This document shows, one piece after another, positions 25,891-35,600 of a stretch of 64,000 nt of DNA. The number at the start of each line of letters is the position of its first letter. The stretch's first letter is position 1. This DNA comes from Vampirovibrionaceae bacterium NZW_1234. Lineage in GTDB: Bacteria; Cyanobacteriota; Vampirovibrionia; Vampirovibrionales; JAGQHJ01. The stretch spans positions 64,001 through 128,000 of the forward strand of contig JBGUGD010000035.1 in NCBI GenBank assembly GCA_041697335.1. Direction: 5' to 3'. The position numbers and the translations under genes are program-made. The notes beneath the pieces were generated by a model. The model ran no database searches, was not told the DNA's origin, and worked only from the letters and a program-made list of their open reading frames with translations.

Positions 25891-26529
25891 ATGCTGTTTG
25901 GCATTAATTTGTTACCCCAAGAAGATCGGTTTTATGATTTGCTGGGTGAAAGCGGCGAGCTGTCCTATTTATCCGTCCAACTGCTCAAGCAGCTGGTGAA
26001 CGAAACCGATTCCCAGAAAGCCTACAAACTGGGCCAGGACATTAAAGTGGCCAAAAACCGGTCCAAAGCCGTCACCCAGGAAATTGTAGAAAAACTCTGC
26101 CATACCTTCATTACCCCCTTTGACCGCGAGGACATCCATGCCCTGGCTCGCGGGATGTACAAGATCCCTAAAATCTGCGAGAAGGCACAGGAACGCCTTC
26201 TTTCCTTTCAGATTCAACCCTTTCAGAGCGATCTCTACCGCCTGACCGATAACATGGTCGAAGCCTCCGAGCAGCTCCACTTTCTGCTGAAGAACCTGAA
26301 AACCTTAAAGCACCTGCAACAGGTTTCGGACAAATGTGCCTTGCTGCAAAATGTTGAAAACAACACCGACGAACTTTTGAACCAACTTCTTGTCGACCTG
26401 TTTCAAAAGGAACATGACGTCAAGCAGATTATCCTGCGCCGGGATGTGTATGAACTGATGGAAAACATCGTGGATCGGCATCGGGATATGGGCAACATCA
26501 TCCTTGAAATCGTGTTAAAACACTCCTAA
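25891..26529 (+). CDS. DUF47 (PhoU-like) phosphate transport regulator
   Basis: TFITPFDREDI; adjacent to PiT. Confidence 0.9.
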   Translation: MLFGINLLPQEDRFYDLLGESGELSYLSVQLLKQLVNETDSQKAYKLGQDIKVAKNRSKAVTQEIVEKLCHTFITPFDREDIHALARGMYKIPKICEKAQERLLSFQIQPFQSDLYRLTDNMVEASEQLHFLLKNLKTLKHLQQVSDKCALLQNVENNTDELLNQLLVDLFQKEHDVKQIILRRDVYELMENIVDRHRDMGNIILEIVLKHS

Positions 26530-26572
26530 ACTCCCCCTGACCTTGTTCACACTACGTTGAGTCACACCCCTT

Positions 26573-27583
26573 ATGGATTTTACCCTCCTCGTCCTGATCA
26601 TCATCCTGGCCCTGGCCTTTGATTACATCAATGGCTTTCATGATGCGGCCAATGCCATTGCCACGGTTGTTTCCACCAAGGTGCTGACCCCTCGGGTCGC
26701 CGTGCTGTATGGCGCCATTCTCAACTTTTTGGGTGCCATGATGGGCACCGAAGTCGCTGCCACCATTGGCAAAGGCATTGTGGATGCAAAAATGGTGACC
26801 CCGGAAATCATCTTGTTCACTCTCATCGGGGCCATCATCTGGAACCTGTTCACGTGGTATAAAGGCCTCCCCACCAGCTCCTCCCATGCGCTTATCGGCT
26901 CCCTGTGCGGTGCGACCGTTTTTGGCTCCGCCACCACCAACCCTTTGACGGGGTTGCCTGCGGTACACTGGGACAAACTGTATCAAAAAGTGGTTGCCCC
27001 CATGTTTACCTCGCCGACGATTGGCCTGTTGCTGGGCTACGCCTTGATGCTCAGCCTGTTATGGTTTCTCCATAAAGTGGCCCTGTCGTCGGTGAACAAG
27101 TGGTCGGCCAAGCTTCAAATTGTTTCGGCGGGCTTTATGGCCTTAAGCCATGGCTCCAACGACGCCCAGAAGTCCATGGGGATTATCGCCATGAGTGTGG
27201 CGGCTTTCTATCACACGCCCTTTGTGGTGGACAACTGGGTGAAAGTGGCCTGTGCCGTTGCAATGGGCTTGGGCACCATGAGTGGCGGCTGGAAAATCAT
27301 CTACACGCTGGGGTCCAAGATGATCAAACTGCAACCCATCCACGGGTTTGCTGCCGAGACCACAGCCGGAAGCATTATTCTCCTGGCCTCCCACCATGGC
27401 ATTCCTGTGAGCACAACCCAGGTAATTAGTTCTGCCATTATGGGCGTCGGCGCCACCAAGCGCCTGTCGGCCGTGAAGTGGGGTGTTGTGGGCAATATCC
27501 TCTGGGCATGGGTGCTCACGCTGCCACTGACCTTTTTGTTATCGGGTCTTCTGTTTTGGGCATACAATAGGATCAGTCATTAA
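26573..27583 (+). CDS. pit: Inorganic phosphate transporter (PiT family)
   Basis: NGFHDAANAIAT, PTSSSHA, HGSNDAQKSMG and PVSTTQ. Confidence 0.95.
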   Translation: MDFTLLVLIIILALAFDYINGFHDAANAIATVVSTKVLTPRVAVLYGAILNFLGAMMGTEVAATIGKGIVDAKMVTPEIILFTLIGAIIWNLFTWYKGLPTSSSHALIGSLCGATVFGSATTNPLTGLPAVHWDKLYQKVVAPMFTSPTIGLLLGYALMLSLLWFLHKVALSSVNKWSAKLQIVSAGFMALSHGSNDAQKSMGIIAMSVAAFYHTPFVVDNWVKVACAVAMGLGTMSGGWKIIYTLGSKMIKLQPIHGFAAETTAGSIILLASHHGIPVSTTQVISSAIMGVGATKRLSAVKWGVVGNILWAWVLTLPLTFLLSGLLFWAYNRISH

Positions 27584-27637
27584 GCCGCCCAAACGGCCTC
27601 AAGCATCGTCATTGGCGAAGAGAAGGAATCCGGTACG

Positions 27638-28303
27638 ATGGACTCTATCAGCCACCTCATCGAAGTAATTTCGGTTTACATCAAGGACTTTATTGATACC
27701 ACCGGGTACCTGGGTGTCATCTTTTTGATGGCCCTGGAATCGTGTAACATCCCGGTGCCGAGCGAAGTGATTTTGACCTTTGCCGGCTACCTGGTCCAGC
27801 AAGGCCACATGAATTTTCACCTGGCCGCCCTGGCCGGAGCCATCGGTTGTGTTGTGGGATCGGCCCCATCCTATTGGCTGGGCTACTATGGGGGTCGTCC
27901 GTTTCTGGAAAAGCACGGAAAATGGCTGCTGTTAACACCCCATGACCTGGATGTCTCCGAGCGCTGGGTCAACAAGTATGGCACCCTCACGTTTTTCATC
28001 TGCCGCATGTTGCCGGTGGTGCGAACCTTTATCTCCCTGCCTGCCGGGATCCTGAAAGCCCGCTTCTGGCCCTTTATGTTCCTGACCTTTATCGGCTCCT
28101 GGATTTGGAGCTATGCCCTGGTCTGGGTCGGGGTGAAATTTGGTGAGAACAAGGAACTCTTCAGCCATTACTGGCATAAGTTTGATGCAGCCATTATCGG
28201 GGTCTGCTTTATTTTAGGCTGCCTTTATGTGTATAAACATGTCAAGCATTTCAAGCACGCGTCACCCCGTCCGCCCGTGGACTCGGAAACGCATTCCGTA
28301 TAA
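27638..28303 (+). CDS. DedA family membrane protein
   Basis: ALESCNIPVPSE and RMLPVVRTFISLPAG. Confidence 0.93.
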   Translation: MDSISHLIEVISVYIKDFIDTTGYLGVIFLMALESCNIPVPSEVILTFAGYLVQQGHMNFHLAALAGAIGCVVGSAPSYWLGYYGGRPFLEKHGKWLLLTPHDLDVSERWVNKYGTLTFFICRMLPVVRTFISLPAGILKARFWPFMFLTFIGSWIWSYALVWVGVKFGENKELFSHYWHKFDAAIIGVCFILGCLYVYKHVKHFKHASPRPPVDSETHSV

Positions 28304-28333
28304 GTCTAAACCTGTTTAGGGGGAATTCACCTG

Positions 28334-29770
28334 ATGGCCACCACCGTACCCGCCAGCGATGCACCGGACAACACTGCGTCAGGGCAAGCGTTAAAACGAG
28401 AACTCGGCCTTTTTAGTGCTGTTGCTATTGTTTCAGGCGTCATGATTGGCTCCGGGATCTTTATTGTCTCCGCCGATATCAGCCGCCAAATGGGCTCACC
28501 GGGCTTGCTGTTGGCCATCTGGATTTTTACGGCCGTCACCACGCTTCTGGGTGCCATGAGCTACGGCAAGATGGCGGCGGCCTTTCCCGAAGCCGGGGGG
28601 CAATATGTTTTTCTGAAGAAGGCCTGGGGCGAGATACCGGCCTTTTTGTACGGCTGGGCACTGTTCTTTGTGATTCAGACCGGCACCTTGGCGGCCGTGG
28701 CCGTGGCCTTTGGCAAATTCCTGGGGGTTCTCATCCCGGCCATTTCCAGCCAAACCGTTTTGCTGTCTTTGGGGAGTTTTAAGCTTACCTCGGTCCAGGC
28801 GGTCGCCATCAGTGTTCTCATGCTCTTGACCGCTTACAATTGCCGGGGGATTAAGCAAGGCGCCCTCATGCAGAATATCTTCACCACCCTCAAGGTCCTG
28901 GCCCTTTCAGGCATCATCGTTGCCGGGATCTTCGGTGCCCAACACGGCCTGCCCAACCCATCCCAGTGGGCCATCAACTGGAATTTCGATTTTGGCGGCC
29001 TGCCCTTTCTCTCGGCCTTTGCGGTGGCCACCGTGGGATCGATGTTTGCGGCCGATGCCTGGAACAACGTGACCTTTATCGGCAGCGAGATCAAGAACCC
29101 CAAGCAGAACCTCCCCCGGGCCCTTTTCTGGGGGACGCTTCTGGTCTTGTCCCTGTATGTTCTGGCCAATGTGGCCTACATCAACCTGTTGCCCTTCGAT
29201 ATGATTCAACACGCCCCGGAGGATCGGGTGGCCACGGCCGCCATGAACCAACTTTGGGGCAGTGCAGGTTCTGTGCTGATGGCCTGTATCATTTTGGTTT
29301 CAGCCTTTGGCTGCTTGAACGGGATGATTTTGGCCGGTGCCCGGGTGTTTTATGCCATGGCCCACGACAACCTGTTCTTTGCCTCTTTCAAGCGGGTTCA
29401 CCCGAAGTTTCATAGCCCCACCGTCTCTCTGATTGGGCAGGGCATCTGTGCTGCCGTCCTCACGCTGTCCGGATCCTACGGTCAATTGCTGGACTACACG
29501 CTCTTTACGACCCTGCTCTTCTACGTCATCACCATTGTCGGCATGCTTCGCCTGGCCCGGACCCACGCACAAGAACTCGGCATGACCTCCTGGACCAGCT
29601 ACATTGTGCCGGTCACCTACCTGATTCTGGTCAGCTACATCTCCATTAACCTGGCCCTGTTCAAGCAACAATACACCCTGCCCGGCCTTGGCATTGTGAG
29701 CCTGGGGATTCCCATTTACTTTGCCTGGAAAGCATTTCACCAAAAGAAGGCTGTCGGGCAGACAACCTGA
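28334..29770 (+). CDS. APC family amino acid permease
   Basis: MIGSGIF, PEAGGQY, EIKNPKQNLPRA and ARVFYAMA; ~12 TM. Confidence 0.93.
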   Translation: MATTVPASDAPDNTASGQALKRELGLFSAVAIVSGVMIGSGIFIVSADISRQMGSPGLLLAIWIFTAVTTLLGAMSYGKMAAAFPEAGGQYVFLKKAWGEIPAFLYGWALFFVIQTGTLAAVAVAFGKFLGVLIPAISSQTVLLSLGSFKLTSVQAVAISVLMLLTAYNCRGIKQGALMQNIFTTLKVLALSGIIVAGIFGAQHGLPNPSQWAINWNFDFGGLPFLSAFAVATVGSMFAADAWNNVTFIGSEIKNPKQNLPRALFWGTLLVLSLYVLANVAYINLLPFDMIQHAPEDRVATAAMNQLWGSAGSVLMACIILVSAFGCLNGMILAGARVFYAMAHDNLFFASFKRVHPKFHSPTVSLIGQGICAAVLTLSGSYGQLLDYTLFTTLLFYVITIVGMLRLARTHAQELGMTSWTSYIVPVTYLILVSYISINLALFKQQYTLPGLGIVSLGIPIYFAWKAFHQKKAVGQTT

Positions 29771-29791
29771 TATCGCTTCCAGTAGGAAAGA

Positions 29792-30736
29792 CTACGGGGA
29801 TTTCGGAGCGAACGCCCTGACCAGCACCTCGGCCAGCTTGCCCATGGTCTCATGCATGGTGTTTTTATCCACGTTGGCGTTTAGCACCAGGTTGGCATAG
29901 GGCCGGGTGGGGTCTACATGATATTCCTGCATTTCAAGAGCGTTCTTGAGCAAGGCCTCGCCTGAGGCATCGCGCTTGAAGTTACGCTCCTGGGCCCGGC
30001 GCCAGAAGCGATCCACTACGACACTGCGGTCGGCTTCAAAGAGAATCTTGAGATCGTAGATCTTGCGAAAGGGTTTCATCAGGGTGAAGAGGCCTTCGGT
30101 CACCAAAAACGGCGTCGGCCTGATGGTCAGGGCATTGGGGGTGCTGGAGCTGTCGGTGAAGTCATACTTTCGAATGCGGGTGGAAAGCCCGGACTTTAAG
30201 CTCTCGACGGCCCGCTTGTATTCAGCCAGGTGAAAGCAGGTCCAGGTATCGAGGTTGACCTTTTGAAAGAAGGCATCCCCATGCTGACGGCGTAATTCGG
30301 TGTTGTCCCGATAGAAGTTGTCCTGGCTCAGAAACGTGGCTATCGCCTTCTTGCGCCGGGACCAGCGGCTCATTGCAATGCCTGCCTCACGCAGCTGATC
30401 GAGAAACCCTTTGGCTGCCGTGGTTTTTCCTGTAGCCGTGCCACCGGCAACGGCCAAGGTGAAAGGGCGCAGGGTCGTTGTCTCGTTTTGCTCTTTCAGA
30501 AAGCGCTTGGCCTGGGTCAAAATGTCAAACATATTGACGGACTTGATGACAGGTTGGACGTGGGTGGCTTTGTCCCAGCGAAGCAGGCGATAAAAGTCTT
30601 CTTCAAAGGCCTGAAGACGTTGATGAAGCTGCTCAGCGCTAAGCTTGGCCGGTTTATGACCGGACGAAGGCTTTCCCTGGAAGCGCACATTCGCTGCCCA
30701 AAAAGCACTGTTGCGTTGAGCCACCTGCATGGTCAC
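29792..30736 (-). CDS. Uridine kinase-like P-loop protein with N-terminal extension
   Basis: AGGTATGKTT, SQDNFY, YDF and TEGLF. Confidence 0.8.
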   Translation of the reverse strand: MTMQVAQRNSAFWAANVRFQGKPSSGHKPAKLSAEQLHQRLQAFEEDFYRLLRWDKATHVQPVIKSVNMFDILTQAKRFLKEQNETTTLRPFTLAVAGGTATGKTTAAKGFLDQLREAGIAMSRWSRRKKAIATFLSQDNFYRDNTELRRQHGDAFFQKVNLDTWTCFHLAEYKRAVESLKSGLSTRIRKYDFTDSSSTPNALTIRPTPFLVTEGLFTLMKPFRKIYDLKILFEADRSVVVDRFWRRAQERNFKRDASGEALLKNALEMQEYHVDPTRPYANLVLNANVDKNTMHETMGKLAEVLVRAFAPKSP

Positions 30737-30988
30737 CGTCTCCTTTCCACACGCACCTCAAGTAAGACCTTTGTAGTTTTACCCAAAACCCCCGAATTTC
30801 GCAACCGATGACGTCGCCGCCTGAAGCCCTTGAAGGTCTATTCCACTAACCAATGCCCTTTTTAGCCCGAACAACGTAAAACACAGAAAGGTAATACAAA
30901 AGTTAACATGCTCTGTCGGCAGCCTCAGGGTTTTTGCCACAATACAGGGTAAGCTCGTCAGTCAAAATACAGGATAGGGATTGTGCCT

Positions 30989-31612
30989 ATGAGCGATGGT
31001 TTTCAAGCAACCTTCCCACCCCCATGGCAGACACTGGAAGAGGTCTGCCACACGGCCAGTGGCTGTGTTCGATGTGCGCTCCACACGTCTCGGACCAAGG
31101 TGGTCTTTGGATCCGGCAACCCTAAAACCCCTCTGATTTTTATTGGCGAAGGCCCCGGCCAAACTGAGGACGAGACCGGCCTGCCCTTCGTCGGGCGTGC
31201 GGGCAAGCTCCTGACCCAGATCATTGAATCGGTGGGCCTCAACCGAGAGACCGATTGCTACATCACCAACGTCGTCAAATGCCGTCCTCCCGGCAATCGG
31301 GTGCCCAGTGACATTGAGATGGCCACGTGCTTTCCCTACCTGGAAGCCCAAATCAACTTTATCCGGCCTCAGATCATTGTCCTGGTGGGGGCAACAGCCT
31401 TAAAAGGGGTCTTGGGGATGAAAAGCCCCATCACCAAAATCCGCGGCCAGTGGCTCGATACGCCGTTTCATGGGGCAAAAGCCATGCCCATCTTTCATCC
31501 GTCCTATTTGTTACGAAATCCTTCATCGGAAAAAGGCACCCCAAAGTGGCTGACCTGGATGGATATCCAGGAAATCAAGAAAGCCTATGATGCCCTGACC
31601 ATGCATGTTTGA
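30989..31612 (+). CDS. Uracil-DNA glycosylase, family 4 ([4Fe-4S])
   Basis: C..C.L, IGEGPG, PFVGRAG, NVVKCRPP.NR and HPSYLLR. Confidence 0.95.
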   Translation: MSDGFQATFPPPWQTLEEVCHTASGCVRCALHTSRTKVVFGSGNPKTPLIFIGEGPGQTEDETGLPFVGRAGKLLTQIIESVGLNRETDCYITNVVKCRPPGNRVPSDIEMATCFPYLEAQINFIRPQIIVLVGATALKGVLGMKSPITKIRGQWLDTPFHGAKAMPIFHPSYLLRNPSSEKGTPKWLTWMDIQEIKKAYDALTMHV

Positions 31613-31799
31613 TTCCATGTAGGACACATTACCCACCGACCCAAATTCCCCTTACCACACGATCCGGTCGTGGGGGTCATTGTAATTTTTTCTTAACAAA
31701 TTGTTGCCCCACTGATATAATAATTTTCAATCGCTCGAGTGCTTGATTAAGAGAGTGGACGTTACAAAACCGAGTGGGATGGATAGGAGTTAGTATCAC

Positions 31800-32024
31800 A
31801 TGTCAATGGCAGATCCGTTCGAGTCGGATGTGGTGATTGGTACCTTCAAGCGATGGAGCGCCTCGGCCGTGGAATGTTTTGTGCGCGAGGCTCATTGTGA
31901 CGGGTGCTACTACAGCGACTTCTTCAAAGACCGACCCTACGGGTGCAAAATGCATCTGGCAGTCGAACAATTGCTGGAAACCTTGGGGGAACCGAGCAAA
32001 AACATGTTATCCAAATACGGCTAA
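31800..32024 (+). CDS. Small Cys-rich hypothetical protein
   Basis: AGGAG SD; C-x6-CxxC-x12-C; followed by a terminator. Confidence 0.7.
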   Translation: MSMADPFESDVVIGTFKRWSASAVECFVREAHCDGCYYSDFFKDRPYGCKMHLAVEQLLETLGEPSKNMLSKYG

Positions 32025-32071
32025 CCATCGTTGCCTTATCGAACCGGGTATATATTTTTCGAAACAAAGGC

Positions 32072-32114
32072 TTTAAACCCCCTGACTCCCATCGACGGAG
32101 CAGGGGGTTTTAAA
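32072..32114. terminator. Bidirectional terminator between convergent genes
   Basis: AAACCCCCTG...CAGGGGGTTTT inverted repeat. Confidence 0.7.
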
Positions 32115-32136
32115 TGGCACTACTTTCGCGCTTGGC

Positions 32137-32763
32137 TCAGACCGATAGCTGCCGCTGGGCAAGGCGGCTGAGAATCACATCCAGGATCTGGGGGGCAATG
32201 TCAGCCAGGGGTTGGGAGGCGTCCACCACCACGATACGATCCGGGTTGGCCTGAGCCAGCGTAAGATACTGCTGGCGAACGGCTTCGTAAAAGGTCACGG
32301 TCTCCTGCTCCAGGCGATCCGCATCGCTTCGGGACTTGGCTCGGGATAAGAGCAAGGGCACCGGGGCATCGAGCAGGAAGGTCAACTCCGGCACCATGCC
32401 CTGAATGGCAAAGGCGTTCATCCGGTGGATTTCCTCGATGGGTAAGCCTCGCCCGCCGCCTTGATAGGCCACCGTCGAGTCAATGTAGCGATCACAGAGC
32501 ACCACTTGACCCTGGGCCAAGGCTGGGCGAATGCGCTCGTCCACATGCTGGGCCCGATCGGCCAGATACAGGAAAAGCTCACAGCGATCCGACACAAAAT
32601 CCGGGTGATGCAGCAGGATCTGGCGCAGCTGGGATCCCAGGGCCGTCCCCCCGGGGTCTCGGGTAATCACCACGTCATAACCCTGCTGGGTTAAGCGCTC
32701 GGCAACGGCCGCCAACTGGGTGGACTTGCCAGAGCCGTCAATGCCTTCAAAGGTAATAAACAT
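32137..32763 (-). CDS. tmk: Thymidylate kinase
   Basis: FITFEGIDGSGKST, ADRAQH and DRYIDSTVAYQG. Confidence 0.97.
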   Translation of the reverse strand: MFITFEGIDGSGKSTQLAAVAERLTQQGYDVVITRDPGGTALGSQLRQILLHHPDFVSDRCELFLYLADRAQHVDERIRPALAQGQVVLCDRYIDSTVAYQGGGRGLPIEEIHRMNAFAIQGMVPELTFLLDAPVPLLLSRAKSRSDADRLEQETVTFYEAVRQQYLTLAQANPDRIVVVDASQPLADIAPQILDVILSRLAQRQLSV

Positions 32764-32804
32764 CGGGGTTGCAGACCCTTTCCTCTTCGCTCGTACACGC
32801 CTGT

Positions 32805-34472
32805 CTACGAGGATAGCGTATCCGGGTCCAAATTGCTATGCCCCTTGGACTGGGCCGGAGGCACCAGCTTCAAGCGGCGGTTGGGCTCATCGCCCACACT
32901 AAAGCTAAGCAGGTTGTGCTTTTCCACCAGCTCATGCTGGAGGCGGCGGATGTAGGAGCGCCGGGGCGAGAGCTCCACGGAGCGGTCATCGTTAATCACA
33001 ACCTCGATGGCTTCTCGGGCTTCCTGCAAGGCCATTTCCGTTTCATCCTGGGTGGGGATGTCCACCATGTGATCCATGAAGGAGCCGGCATTGGAGTTCA
33101 AGGCTTCCCGGATGGCCCGCTGGATTTGCGGCATGGTGTTGGTTTTGGCAAAGAAGATGGGAATTTCGTAGTCTTCGGCAATGCGCATCATCTTAGAGCC
33201 CGGACGACAACTGCTTCTGAGGGCAATAATGGCGTCCGCATCGGTCACCTGACGGGTAATGCCCACGTCATGCAGCTCGAGACGCTCGAGGATGCGATCG
33301 GCAAAGATCTTGCTGATGCCATAGATGTAGATGCTGAAGCGTTGATCGGTGCTGCGCTTCTGATCCACAAACTCGGCCTGGAACTCTTCCTGGCTGATGG
33401 TCAGCGGCATCGGCTCCACGTCGGATTGCAGGACCTTGATGGCCCCGGTTTCGTAGTCGATCTTCCGGATTTCCGGGAAGATGGTCCAGCCCCGCAGGAT
33501 GTGATCGACGGCTTCGGCCACATCCGGGTAAATGGCCAGGGTGTTCTGGTCCCGGATCTCGATGCAGATGTCGAAGGTCGGGCGTTTCTCCCGTTCCAGA
33601 ACGGTCTTCTGAGTCGAGCGGCGCTTGGCCTCTTCGTCCCCCAGGGTCACGGTCTGAATGCCCCCGACCAGATCGGACAGGGTGGGGTTCTTGATGATGT
33701 TTTCCAGGGAGTTCCCGTGGGCGGTAGCAATCAGGATGACGCCCCGCTCGGCAATGGTACGGGCCGCAAGGGCTTCTTCCTCGGTGCCGATTTCGTCCAC
33801 GACGATGACCTCGGGGGTATGGTTCTGGACCGCCTCGATCATCACTTCCTTCTGGCGGTCATGGGAGCTGACCTGCATGCGGCGGGCCCGGCCCACGCCC
33901 GGGTGGGGGATATCCCCATCCCCAGCAATCTCGTTGGAGGTATCGACCACCACAACACGCTTACGGGCCTTGTCGGCCATCAGCTTGGCCACTTCCCGGA
34001 GCTTGGTGGTTTTCCCGACGCCGGGGCGTCCCAGCAGAAGCACACTTTTGCCTGAGTCAAACAGATCCTGAATGGCATCGATGGTACCCGTGACAAAGCG
34101 CCCGACCCGGCAGGTCAGGCCCACGATTTCGCCCTGACGATTGCGGATGGCACTGACCCGGTGCAGAGTCCGGGGGATCCCGGCCCGGTTGTCGGTGGAG
34201 AAGAAGCCCACGCGTTTGACCACGTGGTTAATCTCGTCCAGGGTGACCTGTTGCTGGCCTAACTCTTCGATATTCCCGGCCATAAAGCGGGCTTCGGGAA
34301 TGCGGCCCAGGTCCATGACGATTTCCACCAGGTGGGCCAGATTATGGGTTTTCAAGGCTTTTTGGAGACGGTCCGGCAACACATCAATCAGCAGTTGCAG
34401 GTCGGTTTCAACGGATGGTGTCTGATGAATCGGAAAGCTTTCGGACATCGGATACACAAACTCGGCTGACAC
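32805..34472 (-). CDS. Ycf45/SpoIIIAA-like AAA ATPase with C-terminal R3H domain
   Basis: GRPGVGKTT, VDTSNEIAGDGD, VDEIG and RRLQH (R3H). Start GTG 34472 or ATG 34448. Confidence 0.9.
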   Translation of the reverse strand: MSAEFVYPMSESFPIHQTPSVETDLQLLIDVLPDRLQKALKTHNLAHLVEIVMDLGRIPEARFMAGNIEELGQQQVTLDEINHVVKRVGFFSTDNRAGIPRTLHRVSAIRNRQGEIVGLTCRVGRFVTGTIDAIQDLFDSGKSVLLLGRPGVGKTTKLREVAKLMADKARKRVVVVDTSNEIAGDGDIPHPGVGRARRMQVSSHDRQKEVMIEAVQNHTPEVIVVDEIGTEEEALAARTIAERGVILIATAHGNSLENIIKNPTLSDLVGGIQTVTLGDEEAKRRSTQKTVLEREKRPTFDICIEIRDQNTLAIYPDVAEAVDHILRGWTIFPEIRKIDYETGAIKVLQSDVEPMPLTISQEEFQAEFVDQKRSTDQRFSIYIYGISKIFADRILERLELHDVGITRQVTDADAIIALRSSCRPGSKMMRIAEDYEIPIFFAKTNTMPQIQRAIREALNSNAGSFMDHMVDIPTQDETEMALQEAREAIEVVINDDRSVELSPRRSYIRRLQHELVEKHNLLSFSVGDEPNRRLKLVPPAQSKGHSNLDPDTLSS

Positions 34473-34631
34473 GTACTTGGGGTCCCTCCCTCTATTAACT
34501 CTATCCTCTTGGCTACCCTCTTGTTTTTTTGAGTCTTCCGGCAGGCCATCCGGATGGTGATGATACACGGTCCCAGTGACCGTCGGATGGCGGATTTTGG
34601 ATAAAACCAGAACGGTGGCCCGGAATGATAC

Positions 34632-35600
34632 CTATATTATAGCGGATGTCTGGGGAGTCTGAAAGTAGCGAACCAAGCGATCGGCCTCTTGAGCGGCTTT
34701 CACGGGATCCGACAGACTTTCCCAAACCTGCTGGCGGGCGTAGGTTCCCATTCCTACTCCATGAATCGGCGCATATTCCGGGAACTTTAGGAACTGGGCC
34801 GTTTGGGCATTGATGCCCCCGGAAACGGTGAGGTACATGCCCTGGGGTAAATCCGGGGCCAGGGCGCGAGCCGCCTCCAAGGCCGGGCGCGAGGCCTCGG
34901 GATCAGCGGACCCGGACATGGGAAGACCATCCACCTGCACAATCACCGGATAGGGGCTTCGGTCCTGAAACGCCTGGAGGAAGGCCAGTACCTGGGACCG
35001 GGGCAATTCCTGGGGGCGCAGGCAAATGGAGAGCGCCTTATCGACCAGAAACGGCCCCAAGGTCTCATACAAGCCCTCCACCATCACCGGGTCAGCAAAG
35101 CTGGTGTGAATTTCCACCATGGTGACCTCGGGCTTGGCCAAGACCGCTGCCAGATCAGGGTAAACTGAAAACGGCTCCAGAAGCAACGCCTCGGTGGGGC
35201 AGACAGGGACACAGCGCCCGCAGCCATAGCAGGCCGGTCCCGTGACCTCAAGCGTATGATTCAGGGTAAACACCTGGGTGGGGCAGATGGGGACACAGGC
35301 GCCGCAGAGAATGCAGTCGGATTCCACCAGTTGGATCTTTCGAAAATGCGGATCACTGTCCAGCGGGAAGCTCACCATCAGCGCAGGCGGTTGAGCCTGG
35401 GAAGCCAGGGCCTGGATCACGGTGTTGACCACCGGCAGGGAAGCCGAGACATCGATGACCGGAATCCCGGTTTGGGCATAGCATTGCACGAGGGGTTCCA
35501 GGCGGGTGGTATCACTGAAGCTGCCCCCGCAGATGAGTTTAAAAAACTGACGGGCCTCTAAGGCCTCATAAACGGCGCTCAGGGCCGGTGTCTGCTTCAC
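34632..35600 (-). CDS. ldpA: LdpA-like 2x[4Fe-4S] ferredoxin-domain protein
   Basis: FKLICGGS, DPHFRK, CILCGACVPICP, CYGCGRCVPVCP, EIHT, QVDGLPMSG and GVGMGTYAR. Confidence 0.8.
   Translation of the reverse strand: MKQTPALSAVYEALEARQFFKLICGGSFSDTTRLEPLVQCYAQTGIPVIDVSASLPVVNTVIQALASQAQPPALMVSFPLDSDPHFRKIQLVESDCILCGACVPICPTQVFTLNHTLEVTGPACYGCGRCVPVCPTEALLLEPFSVYPDLAAVLAKPEVTMVEIHTSFADPVMVEGLYETLGPFLVDKALSICLRPQELPRSQVLAFLQAFQDRSPYPVIVQVDGLPMSGSADPEASRPALEAARALAPDLPQGMYLTVSGGINAQTAQFLKFPEYAPIHGVGMGTYARQQVWESLSDPVKAAQEADRLVRYFQTPQTSAII

Noticed and set aside
32838..34055. 405-aa plus-strand ORF
   Set aside because: Antisense shadow of the ycf45-like gene in GC-rich sequence.
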